In this document: positions 1-11,543 of the stretch, piece after piece
How positions within the stretch are numbered: the first letter of the stretch is position 1
Layout: the number at the start of each line of letters is the position of its first letter
NCBI GenBank assembly: GCA_963514005.1
Contig: OY740818.1
Coordinates: forward strand, 15,314,001-15,378,000
Direction of reading: 5' to 3'
DNA: 64,000 bases
Origin: Raja brachyura
Lineage: Eukaryota
Program-made: the position numbers and the translations under genes
The notes under the pieces: generated by a model
Told to the model about the DNA's origin: nothing
The model's input: only the letters and a program-made list of their open reading frames with translations
Database searches by the model: none

Positions 1-207
1 GGGAGAAGAACAAAGGGAAGAGATGAGACTTTTGCCTTCCATTACAGTGAGGAGGTGTTGGGAGATTCACTGTGACGGATGTTTGTGTAAATTGTGTTAA
101 GTAAGTGTCTTGGGATTTTTTTTTTGTAATGTTAAGACTGTGGAAAGGCAATTTTGTTCAAACCAAGCTGTTTGAATGACAATAAAAGGCATTCTATTCT
201 ATTCTAG
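1..207 (+). repeat. Interspersed non-coding repeat family (related copies at ~3390-3575 and ~16600-16870)
   Basis: Shared ttgccttccat(t/c)acag(t/g)gagga...gatgtttgtgtaaattgtgtt; ends with AATAAA plus a short tandem tail. Confidence 0.7.
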
Positions 208-436
208 TACAAATGGGGGAAGGTTCCTAAGCTGATAATGATCTGCCAGGAGCCTAAGTCCATGTTTCTTTCACAGCACATAACCAAGGGTGGTTAGTCA
301 GCTCCAAGAATGTATTGAGTGATGGCAAAACTTAGTTCTGCAAATCAAGACCTGCACTAATTAAAACATCTTGTTTGCTGTTTCCTTTCCATTCAATCCC
401 AATTTATGGGATATCATGCACTGCATACTGCTGTAC

Positions 437-531
437 CTTATTAATGCTTTTTCTCCAAAGTATTCTCCTGCTTTTAATTTCTTAATTTCTTGCGGTTCTT
501 CATCTCCCTCTCGTGTCTGTGTCACCTGGAC
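437..531 (-). CDS. prkg3: PRKG2-like coding exon 7 (CNB-B)
   Basis: 95 nt; gaacag|VQVTQTREGDEEPQEIKKLKAGEYFGEKALI|gtacag. Confidence 0.93.
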
Positions 532-3500
532 CTGTTCAGGATCAATAAAACCACAAGTGCCCTCACATCTTTCAACAGCAGATAGATACAAATGCACATT
601 AACAGAAACAACTTCTATTTCAGGACAACTTGTCACATTGCTAATTGATAGTCTGGCAACAAGGCAGTTATTGCATTTGTGTCTTTCCTCTCTTATCATC
701 ATCATCATTGTTGAAAACATCAAGGGGCATGGTGCCTTACAATACCGTGTAGGACAGTGATCGCAACTTCTACTGAAGTGGGGATGGCCATTGGCTCGCT
801 AGGAGCTCATCTGCCCTTTGACAAGTCTTGTTTTTGGTCTGGCTGGGGGTCCACAGCCCCTTCCTCACCTGGCAAACCAGGTGGGGGAGACATTTTAGTG
901 GCCGTCTATCCGACCATGGAGCAGGTAGCACGGGACTACATCGTACCCATGGCGGTGAGAACTCCCCCCAACCTGACCTCTCTTAGATTGCAGTGAAAAA
1001 TGATGCAAGACTTTGAAAATGGCTTCAAATAGCACATTTTAAAATGAACGTTGGGCATTAGCACATAGGCATCTGTGGTACACTCAACAAACAAAGTCAG
1101 TCGGTTTATTTTGGTGGTTGGATTGTGGAGGAAATTTGACTAAGGAATGTCCTTGCACTTATTTATGGTTTTTACACACCTTACAAACCCACGCTGCAGA
1201 TTGCACCACCAGAAATGCAAAAAATTGCACCCACTCTTACATCAATCAATCAGTCTAGATTATACGATCAAGATTGGAATGCAAGTTGGTTCATTCATTT
1301 AATAATACACAGACAACGGAGGCAAATGTAGTTATTACTAAAAGCAGTGTACTAATTTAGTAAATCCTCCAGTTCAAAAAGAGATTCAAGAACTATTGCC
1401 CTTAGCGGCATCACATCTCATAGCAATGGGACTCCACAGATAATTCATGAATATACATCATCTCCTACCTTTCCTTTTGCAATAATGAAGAAGGTGCTAC
1501 CTTGCTCTCCTTGACGAATTATATAATCGCCCTTATCGTAGTAATCCTAGCAGAGATGGAGAGATTGAACATTACTACGCCATTGAAGGTAGATATAAAA
1601 AATGATGGATTAGTCATAGGAATAGATATGCTATTGGCATAATTTGCAAGCCTGTAGTAATCTAGGGAATATAAATATTTTGTTTATACTCCATAGTACT
1701 AGGCTCCTCATTGCTACAAATTCTAACTCATTGACTAACTCAATGCCTGTCCTGAAAAGCCCAGCTAGTTTAGCTTAGTTTAGGTCATTATTGTGTGCAC
1801 CCAGATAGAGTAAACAGCTTTTTTGTTGGAAAGACAATACATGATTACAATCAAGCTGGCCACAGTATACAAATACATGACAAAGGCAATAACGTTTAGT
1901 GCAAGATAACGTCCAGAAGAGTCTGATTATACCTTTTTATTATTTTTTCAAGGGATGTGGGCTTTGGAAGTTGAGGTTACATGGAACTACCCATTCCTGA
2001 ATTTTTTTAAGTTGCTGTGTTGAAGCTGTACTGAAACAGCATGGACATGGGAGTGGCAGGTTCTGGAGTACAAGCTTTAAGCACAATTGTCGGAATGTTG
2101 CCAGGGCTCGTTGCCTTTTATATCACATGCAATGCATTGAATTGGCTGCAAATTGACATCCATCATGCTGGGAATCACTGGAGGAGGTCAAGTTGGACTA
2201 TTTAGTTAAAGTGTTCAATAGGAGCTAGAAGTAGTATTAAAATGACTTTATCAAATCAAGCTGAAAGAACCTGCATTGGCCAGACATTAAAAAAACCCTT
2301 TCATATTGAAATCTTGTGCTATTGGTGAGCACAAACTATACAAGTGTTTCTACTTCTAGTGTTTGATATAGATGTTTATAGGTGGCCCTTTGGTACCACA
2401 ACAGCAATATATGTAAAGAAAAGAGTAGATGCAAGGAACTGCATTTACAAAAAAGACACAATGTGTTGGAGTAACGCAATGGGTCAGGCAACATCTCTGG
2501 AGAATGGGGATAGGTGATGTCTCGGGTTGGGACCCTTCATGCAGATTTTTTTTTAGAAAATTGGGGAAATTTGGCAGTTGCTCCTTTGATGCCCCGATAG
2601 CAAGATGAACATCCCAATGGTCTTTAACATAATCAAAAACCCTTACAGCAAAGGAAATGGTATCACTTACAGCAAATGGTATCACTTACAGCAAATGGTA
2701 TCACTTTCTTCCCTCTACTAACTGACGCTGAAGATTTACTTTTCAACTTTGAAGGCCACAATTTGATATCTTGACAAACTTAACCCTGAAGAATTCCCAA
2801 TAATTTTGGTCATCTACATATCTGCCGGAGAAAAAGTGCTCCAGCTTTATTGGTTTATTATTGTCACGAGAAATTTGCCTATATGCTCTCCAGTCAAATC
2901 ATACAATACTCGAGTACAAAAAGTGCAATGAGGTAGAATGGGAGATCAGGACAACACCCTCCGCTTAATAGAGGATAGTTTAGCTTATCTGGTGGTATGG
3001 GCTTTCAAGCTTTTGCATCTTCTTCCCTATAGAAGAGTGAAGAACAGGGAACGACAGGGGTTTAAATGGCCTTTGGTTAAATTGGCTACTTTCCCAAGGC
3101 AGAGTGAAGTGCAGATGGAATCAATGAGGAAAAGGCTGGTTTGTGTGATGGACTGGGCTACATCCAAAAATCTCTTGCGATCTTGGCCAGATCTGTTGGC
3201 AAACCAAGTTGTGATGTATCCCAATAAGATGCTTTCTACGGCGAGGAGACCCTTCACACAGACTGAGTGTGTAGTGAGTGTTCTTCCTAGTGACCAAATA
3301 ACAATCCATTCACTTGACATCTCTGAGGTTGGAGACGTTTAGCCAACAAGGAATTTGATATCTGACTTTGTACTTTGTTCTTGTGACAACAAAGGGGGAA
3401 GATGACAGAATTTTATTGCCTTCCATCACAGGGAGGACTGTGGTGGATGTCTATGTTAAACTTTATTTAATATGCTGTGTATATTTTTGCTTTTTTACCT

Positions 3501-6500
3501 AGTGTGGCTGCATGGTAGCTCAAATTCCACTGTACCTTAATTGGTACATGTGACAATTAAATTGAATCATGAATCTTGAATGCTTCTTTAAAAGCCCATA
3601 AATGTGTCAATTGGAATTCATGATTGCAACATGCCACAATATTAGTACATCCTGAGTATAGTCAAATATGTTCTTGAAAAACCTTCAAAGCTAAAGAAAA
3701 TGTACTCACAACTTCAAGACAATCAACAATCTTGGACAACTTCTCTTCGGGCAAGCCTTTCAATATCGAAACACTGCATAATAAATATACAAATGTTTTT
3801 AAAATTGCATTATGTCAATAGAAACCTATTCCACATCCAGCACTAACAATAAGTTCTGAATTTATTCAGCTCTGTATATAAGCATAACACATTATTTTCT
3901 CTACTCGGAGACCCTAGCTATCTGGGAAAGTACCTTGAGATGGGTTTTGGGCAGATGGATTGGATGCAGCTTACAGCAGCACAGGGCAGCAGTAGAGGAC
4001 ACTGACATCATTGCCAGGTCAGTCAACCCCCCCTTCAATCACTGATCATTAATAGAAAACATTAATAATGAATGTTATTCATTGGATGGAAAGAAATACA
4101 GTGCTTCCCCCCCCCCCCCCCCCCCCCCAATCTGAGATTGTAATCAGGATTGCTGCTTTGCTTGCCATATATTAATGATTTAGGCTTGGGTGTAGTGGGC
4201 ACAATTTCCAAATATGTAGATGATAAATGAAACAGAAGCATGCGGGGACGATGGTAATGGACTTTAAGATAATAAGGACAAGCAGGTGGAATGGTGGACA
4301 CATAATGGGTGAAACTCGCACAGAAAAAACATTTCAGCATGAGGGATAAAGACAGGCAATGTAGGCTAAATGATACTATTTCAAAAGGGATAACACAGCA
4401 GAGGGATCCAAGAACATATACATGTGTGTACATCATTGAGCAAACCGAGGGAACAGCTAAAATGTGTACAGGATCATAAGGACACAAGGTCATGCGTAAT
4501 AGGAGCAGAATTAAGCCAATTGGCCAATCAAGTCTACTCTGCCATTCAATCATGGCTGATCTATCTTTCCCTCCTAACCCCTGGGTTCTTGGGCTTTATT
4601 TATAAATATAATACAAAAGGTATAATACATTGTCCTATCTGGGACACATGACAATAAAACTCTCTTGACTCTTGAAAGGTATAAATAAGGATTCATGATG
4701 AACCTTTATAAAACACTGGCTCAGTTACATTTGGAGGGTCTAAGGAAGGATGTAGAGATGAATGGCTGAAGCAGCCGGGGCTTCCAGCTCTCACCTGCTG
4801 AGGAAGTTGAAGTATTTCCTATTCCTCGCCTGTGCTGTTTCCATCATGATGCTTTGGAAAACCTGACGATCCAGAACCCAAATCCAAGACTCTGTCACAG
4901 CTGAAACAGTTACGGGCGATAGATCAGTGAATAAATATTGAAAAGACCAAATCATAGTTATAGATTAATTTTTGAGAAGATTGATATCTCTGTAATCTAA
5001 CTATAAAAGGAATATTTCAAATTTTCCCTGATTAGCTCGCACCAACACCATGGAACCTCTTCACCTGTCTAAAGCATGTTAGAGTTGAAACCTTCCACCT
5101 GAGCTGGCCAGCTGGTTGGCTCTCTGAAGTGAGATTGTCTTTTAGATTCATAGAGCCATGCAACATGGTAACAGACCCTTCGGCCCAACTTACCTATGCC
5201 GAACAAGATGCCCCATCAACACTAGTCCCACCTCCCCATGTTTGGCCTATATCTCTCTACATTTTTTTCTATCCATGTTCCTGTCCAGATGTCTTATAAA
5301 TGTTGTTATAGTACCAGCCTTAAACTTCTTCTGCCAGCTCATTCCATATACCCACTGCCCTGTGTGAAAAACTTGCTCCTCAGGTTCCTATTAAATCTTT
5401 CCCCTCTCACCTTAACCCAATGTCCCTTATTCTGGATAAAATACTCTGTTCATTCACCCTGTCTATTCCCTTCACGTTCTTATACATATCTATAAGATTA
5501 CCCCTCATCCTCCTGCGCTCGAAGGAATAAAGCCCAAACTTGCCCAACCTCTCCCTATAGCTTAGGCCCTCAGGTCCTGGCCACATCCTTTTAAATCTTC
5601 TCTGCACTCTTTCTAGAGTAACAATATCCTCGGTTCCCCAACCCACTTGCCAGGTTGATCACGATCCTGCTGTAATTTTGATGACCATCTTCTCTATCTA
5701 AAATACCACCCACTTTAGTGTCATCTGTAAACTTACTATTTGTGCATTCTACATACGCACCCAAATCATTGATATAAACCACAAACAGCAGTGGGCCCAG
5801 CACCGATTCCTGAGCCACACTATTAGTTACAGGCCACCTCAAAACAACTTTTCATCATCATCCACTTCTTCCTTCCATGAAGCCCATTCTTTATCCAGTT
5901 GGCTATCTCTCCCTGGATCCCATGCAATCTAACCTTCCAGAGTAACCTCCCATGTGGAACCTTAGCAATGCTTTTCTGGTCCATATAGATGATGTCTACA
6001 GTTTTGCCCTCATTGACCTTTTTGATTACTTCTTCAAAAAATTCAATCAGATTTGTAAGACATATTTTCCCATGTACAAAACCATGCTGACTATCCCTAA
6101 TCAGCCCAGCTATATAAATGCATAAATATCGTATCCCTTAGAATACTCTCTTGCAACAAGGCCTTTCACAGATATTAGGCTCACTGTTCTATGTTTCATT
6201 ATATTCTATATTCTTCCACCATTCAATGCAGCATCTAAGATTCTTCCCCAAAAGAAGGTACAACTGTCGTGAAGTTCCCCAAAGCTGTCTGTGGAATTTT
6301 CTGCCTCAGAGGGCGGTGGAGGCAGGTTCTCTGGATGCTTTCAAGAGAGAGCTAGATAGGGCTCTTAAAAATAGCAAAGTCAGGGGATATGGGGAGAAGG
6401 CAGGAACGGGGTACTGATTGGGGATGATCAGCCATGATCACATTGAAGGGTGCTGGCTCGAAGAGTCAAATGGCCTACTCCTGCATCTATTGTCTATTGT

Positions 6501-9500
6501 CTGAGGTTAAAATCTGTCACCTTGGATGGGAGACTTCTATGAAAACTGTTGGGTAAATTAATTAATTCATGAGCTGACATAATATAATTATCGGTTGTTG
6601 TCAATGAAAAATTAAGATTGTAGTTATGTGCATACCAAAGCTGCCCACTTTGGTGTGCACCAATCAGAACTTGAAATATAAAATGTAGTGCTAATCTGTG
6701 ACATTGTCCGCCTTTGTCATTACGTCATCCATTCATGCTCACACCATCAGGATAGGCACGGAGTCCATCATTAGTTATAGATCCTCAGCTTGACATACTT
6801 ATTCAGTTCGTTGGTGCAGAATTTGACATTGACATTGATTGGATCAGAGCAGCTTCTCCACATCACTCCCAGTTTGCATGTCAGCTCTGCACTTACAGAG
6901 AGAGGAGAGGAGTGAGAGAAAGACCAACACTCACAGAGATCAAGCTTTCATTACCTTTAACAGTAGCAGTCCTTTTGCAGTTGTAGAGAATTGCAAGCTC
7001 GCCAAACGCTGTCCCTGGATGCATCTGTCCCAACAGTTTGCCATTCTGCATAACTTCCAAAATCCCTTCTGTAAAAGTATAGTTAAAATTTAATTGCAGT
7101 AACAATCAATGTTCAAAATTAAATTGTGTAGGAAGCGAACTGCCGAATTATACCGAAGATAGACACAAAATGCTGGAGAAACTCAGCGGGTCAGAAGAAA
7201 AGGAATAGGTGATGTTTCAGTTCGAAACCTTTCTTCAGATTGAAAGCAGACACGGTGTTGCAGAATTCCCATCAGAGAGAAGATGAGAAGTTCCTAAAAG
7301 TAGGCATATCTTGAGGAGATATCTCAGTAGAGCAGACAAAACGTGTAAGAAAGAACTGCAGATGCTAGTTTTTACCACAGATACCTCTGGCTCTCAGTCT
7401 GAAGAAGGGTTCCGACCCAAAACATCACCTATTCCTGTTCTCCAGAGAAGCTGCCTGACCCATGAATTACTCCAGCATTTTGTATAAATGTTCAAAGTTA
7501 CCTCAATCAGAGACTGAGGTAACGTCAGGCTGCACTGGATCTCTAAATCTCATAACAGGTGCATTACTTTAAATTAGCTTTCATTATTGCACAGTCCACT
7601 ATCCAATTTTATTTTAGCTTTGTTCGGCTTCATTTTCAGCTTAATGATTTATTATACAATTAGCAATGAACACCACAGAATCAGCACCATATAGAGAATG
7701 ATTCAGCCCAAACTGGAGCTTGTTGGTGCTGCAGCAACCTCCTCCTACTTCCATCTTTTCAAATCAAAAGATTGCTTCTCTGTCACGAGTGTTTAGGCAG
7801 CTTTTTCTTTTATGAACACAATCACCTCAACTATTCACCATTAGAATAGATTTCATATTCTCATCACTCTCTGGGTAAAGATTTTGCCTGCATACCCTTC
7901 TGGATGAACTGTGATAGTTTCATGTTTTTGACCTTTAGTTCTGGACCTTCAGATAAGTGGATAAATCGTTTCAATGTCTGTCCGATTAAGCCACTGCTTT
8001 GTTTCATAGATCTCCATCATATCCCTTCTCAATTATTCCTCTTTAAAATAAAAAGCCGCAAAATGATGATTCCAGTTTTATTTTATAACTTAAATATTCA
8101 GGAATTCCACGAAGGAGCCAAAGAGAAATGTATAAAATTATGAGAGGCAAAGATAGGATATACAGTCAAGACCTTTTTCTCAGGATGGAAAAAAAAACAA
8201 ATACTTGAGGGAATAGTTTTAACGTGAGAGGGGCAAAGTTTAAAAGAGACAAAACGGAACAAGTGATTTTACACAATGGGCCGTGGATGTATGGAACTCA
8301 CTTCCGGGGTTGGTAGTGGAGGCTGATACAAAAGTGGCAGTTACTGTAAGATTCTTTTAGACAGGTACATGGATATGCAGGTAATAGAGAGATATATAAT
8401 CAGATGAGATTAGTTTATCTAGGCATATTGGGCAGACATTGTGGACCAAAGGCCTGTTCCTGTGCTGTACTATTCTATGCTCTATATTCTATGTTCTAGA
8501 TCATACTGTACATTGTCAGTTATCCAATTAACAAACAACAAGATCATTAAAACACATAACAAGAATATGGAACCAGGGAACATTATCCTAAAATCAAAAC
8601 CAATTAAGGAGTACTTAAAGATAGCGGAGTCATGGGATATGGCGAGAAAGCAGGAACGGGGTACTGATTGTGGATGAGCAGCCATGATCATATTGAATGG
8701 CGGTGCTGGCTCCAAGGGCCGAATGGCCTACTCCTGCACCTAGTGTCAATTGTCACATACACACAAATGGTGAAAACTTGGAATCTTCTCAGAACCCTGG
8801 AGCTATGAAGACTGGAGGATGGATTTTAATGGATGTTATAAGGAGCAAAGTCAGGTTCATGAAGGTGACACGCAGATCGGCCTGAAGGACAGGCACCCTT
8901 TGCATCAAGCTTCAATACAAAGAGATAGACACAATCTGCTGGAGTAACTCAGCGGGACAGGCAGCATCTCTGGAAAGAAGGAATGAGTGACCTTTCGGGT
9001 CTAGACCCTCTTCAGACTGAGAGTGAGACGAAAGATATGGAAGGGTAAGGTGTGAAAACGACAGATCAAAGCAGACGATGATCAAGGAAGTTTAGAATGG
9101 TTCTAATGGTTCAGTATGATGAGGCCCACCTGCCAGAACATAGAGGTGGTTTCCTTGCTCTCCCTCCTGGATGACGAGATCTGTTTCTCGGTAGCTCCTC
9201 TCGTACATACATTCCACTATCTCCCTCACATGCTGCGGCTCCAGCTTCTTCAGGAATTCATTGTGCATTATCGCATCCGTTATCAGTTTCTTCAAACTGC
9301 ACAATATAATACTCAAGTTATCACAAACATCCCTGGGGGTAATCATCACAAAAACATTCCACGTACATTACCCTCCTGTGGTTAGCAATTAACACTGTGG
9401 AAGGGACATTTTTGATTATTCATGTTGAAGACACGAGAGACTGCAAATGCTGGAATCTGGAACAAAGTTCATAAATTAAAAATGTCATAAGTTATAGGAG

Positions 9501-11543
9501 CAGAATTAGACCATTCGATCCATCAAGTTTACTCTGGCATTCATTCATGGCTGATCTATCTTTCTCTCTCAACCCCATTCTCCTGCCTTCTCCCCATTAC
9601 ACCCGAGGGATGGCAAAGATCAAAGTGCCTGAGGATGCTAAATCTATGGAGCAGGCAGCATCTACGGAGGGAAGTGCACAGAGACATTGGAACCTTTCTT
9701 CAGATACTTATTTTTACTGTGCTGGAATCAAATTGAAGGATTGCCACCATTGAGATAGGGACAGCCAACAATGAGGAGCACACGTGTTCGTTGAGAAAGT
9801 GGCAAAATGCTGGAGTAACTCAGCAGGTTAGGCAGCATCCCTGGAGAAACGGGACAGGTCCAGACCGTTCTTAGACTGGTCATTGTTTCTATTTGCTCTT
9901 TGAGGGTTTTTTTCTATATTTAATTCAAACTCATTATGAGAATCAAGATATCACCAGAACAAGTTCATATAGTCATATACAGTAGTCCACCCCTCCACAG
10001 CCATGAGCTTTTGTTAAGTAAACAAACTCACAATTCTTTATGCATGGGCCTGAGGAAAAAATACAAGTCATTGATTAAATTATCAAACCCTATGGGGCAG
10101 CCCGACGTAGTGTAAGAAAATTAGAAATACATGTTCTTGCCTTTACTCTTCAATGTTACTCTTCAATACAGGGACCTTCATGTTCCAAAGTATTTTACAC
10201 GCAATCTGGTACGTTTTATAGTACTTATGTTGTTATGTTGGACAAACTATTATTTAAGGACAACAGACAGCGGTCATATGATAAATTACATAAAATGAGG
10301 ATTAATACTATTATGGATTAATATTGACCTGGATACTAGGAAACATGGTAATCAATGTGCTGTTTCGGGACAATGATGTTTGAGTGGAAGAAGACAGCTC
10401 CTTTGTTCTTGTGCTTTTATACCAGAAAAGTAATAGTTTTTTTTTAATGTCACTGAATCTGGTCTGCAAGAAATCTCTAATCATTCCTCCTGCAGAATGG
10501 GGAGAATCTCAGAGTTACAACCTCTTAGTAATTCAGCTAACAGAATGCATATTATGGTTCATTTCCAACCATTAAATTGCAGCCTTTAGATTATTGTCTG
10601 TATTTATTCTGGATTCAAACATATCTTGCTATCAATTTGAAAACGAGACTTCATTGTTCAGTATTTGCTCAGTGTTTTGGTTTTATAATCTTCTGTAGCA
10701 ATGAAAGCTAAACATTCTGCTGATGATTCTCAAACCAGATAATTAGTAATTCTGAGATTTCTACAGTGCTGTGACCAACCTGCAGGTAATTAACTGGGAA
10801 TGTCTAGGTTGCCTTAAAACTATACATGTCCATGCAAACTGGAAGTATCTGGTACTATGAGCTCACACAATCCCCAGCCAAGTTTGAATTTGTGTTAAAA
10901 TTGTTGCAATTAACCATGTTGCTTGAGGAGAAAGTATGATGCATAAATAAGTACAGAAATTATCCAAGCGAATGATGTGATTGCCTTCTATGGTTGTCCT
11001 TGGTATGAGGAGCATGTTTGGTTGAATGGGTTGTATTTCTCCCACACCGTGCTGAAAATCTAGCTGCTCATTTGCTGGGCCAGGTGAGGTTCTTCGCTCT
11101 TACCTGGAATCCTTCCGTACTCGAAGCTGCTCGATGGAGAACTTCTGCACACTGTGGCAGTAATAATTCCGGGAGGTCGGCTCCGCTGACACTCCCTCTT
11201 TGGCCTTGAGGCGTCGGTGGATCTCAGTAGCCACCTGGGCAAAGCGTTTTGGCCCTTGGTTTATGACACTGACCAGCTTCCTGTGTTGGTTGGCAGAAGT
11301 GGTATTGTACCCAATGGCATCCTGAAGCTTGCCGATTTGGGAAAGTTTCCCTTTAAGTTCTTTTTCCAGCGACTGTATTTTCTGCAACTTCTGCCTCAGT
11401 TGCTCATCCTTCATCCTCAGTTCTTCTTCTAGAGTAACAATCTTCCTTCTGAGGTTGTCCAAATTTTCCAAGGAGGTGTCTGTTGGGGTATGGGGGGAGT
11501 TATGCTGTTCAGGCCTTGATGCTCTCACAGAACCGTTTCCCAT
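437..11543 (-). CDS. prkg3: cGMP-dependent protein kinase, PRKG2 subfamily (probably paralog prkg3); 5' part, 7 coding exons, continues beyond window start
   Basis: Seven GT-AG exons splice in frame to MGNGS...leucine zipper...AKEGVSAEPT...CNB-A (FGELAILYNCKRTATV)...CNB-B (FGEKALI). The protein is collinear with PRKG2; the paralog assignment is inferred from divergence and adjacency to COL13A1. Confidence 0.8.
695..985 (-). mobile_element. GC-rich structured insert, possibly an RTE-derived short element with (ATG)n tail
   Basis: (CAT)4 at ~696-708 on plus; several hairpins; composition distinct from flanks. Confidence 0.4.
1469..1546 (-). CDS. prkg3: PRKG2-like coding exon 6 (CNB-B)
   Basis: 78 nt; ctgctag|DYYDKGDYIIRQGEQGSTFFIIAKGK|gtagga. 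Confidence 0.95.
2655..2707 (+). repeat. 19-bp tandem repeat x~2.7
   Basis: aaatggtatcacttacagc units. Confidence 0.9.
2850..3290 (-). mobile_element. Rex1/Babar LINE 3' fragment
   Basis: VESILLGYITTWFANRSGQDRKRFLDVAQSITQTSL...HLNPCRSLF resembles the Rex1 ORF2 C-terminus; gtgacaataataaa 3' end. Confidence 0.8.
3710..3773 (-). CDS. prkg3: PRKG2-like coding exon 5
   Basis: 64 nt; tatgcag|SVSILKGLPEEKLSKIVDCLEV|gtgagt. Confidence 0.93.
4165..4750 (+). mobile_element. Degenerate CR1 fragment with nested short insertions
   Basis: Remnants of YINDL / KFADD-like codons; inverted CR1 3' UTR piece at ~4490-4580. Confidence 0.55.
4795..4900 (-). CDS. prkg3: PRKG2-like coding exon 4
   Basis: 106 nt; tttcag|AVTESWIWVLDRQVFQSIMMETAQARNRKYFNFLS|gtgag; not in ORF track. 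Confidence 0.93.
5148..6150 (-). mobile_element. CR1 LINE fragment (degenerate RT)
   Basis: ORFs SVLGPLLFVVYINDL, KFTDDTKVGG, LERVQRRFKRM...ERRRMRGNLI. Confidence 0.9.
6286..6502 (+). mobile_element. CR1/HER1 3' end
   Basis: LWNFLPQRAVEAGSLDAFKRELD...GYGEKAGTGY plus 3' UTR and (TCTATTG)n tail. Confidence 0.88.
6955..7068 (-). CDS. prkg3: PRKG2-like coding exon 3 (CNB-A phosphate-binding cassette)
   Basis: 114 nt; ttttacag|EGILEVMQNGKLLGQMHPGTAFGELAILYNCKRTATVK|gtaatg. Confidence 0.95.
7122..7486. mobile_element. Inverted pair of hammerhead/Penelope-type repeats
   Basis: Minus copy ~7125-7240 and plus copy ~7395-7485; TSD aatgttcaaa(a/g)tta at 7108-7121 and 7487-7500. Confidence 0.75.
8110..8745 (+). 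mobile_element. Two CR1 3'-end fragments
   Basis: CR1 C-terminal remnants, ggcctgttcctgtgctgtactattctatg tail, second GYGEKAGTG-type 3' UTR at ~8620-8745. Confidence 0.7.
9130..9296 (-). CDS. prkg3: PRKG2-like coding exon 2 (start of CNB-A)
   Basis: 167 nt; gcag|...LKKLITDAIMHNEFLKKLEPQHVREIVECMYERSYRETDLVIQEGEQGNHLYVLA|gtggg; phases match neighbours. Confidence 0.95.
11104..11543 (-). CDS. prkg3: PRKG2-like coding exon 1 (myristoylation motif, leucine zipper, autoinhibitory region)
   Basis: ATG at 11543 in gcaATGg context; MGNGSVRAS...RRLKAKEGVSAEPTSR...RVRKDS; donor AG|gtaag at 11104; upstream acceptor ttttgtcag near 11597. Confidence 0.95.

Noticed and set aside
4107-4128. Poly-C run giving poly-Gly in ORF 4062-4553
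   Set aside because: Intronic homopolymer next to a CR1 relic; ORF has no coding signature
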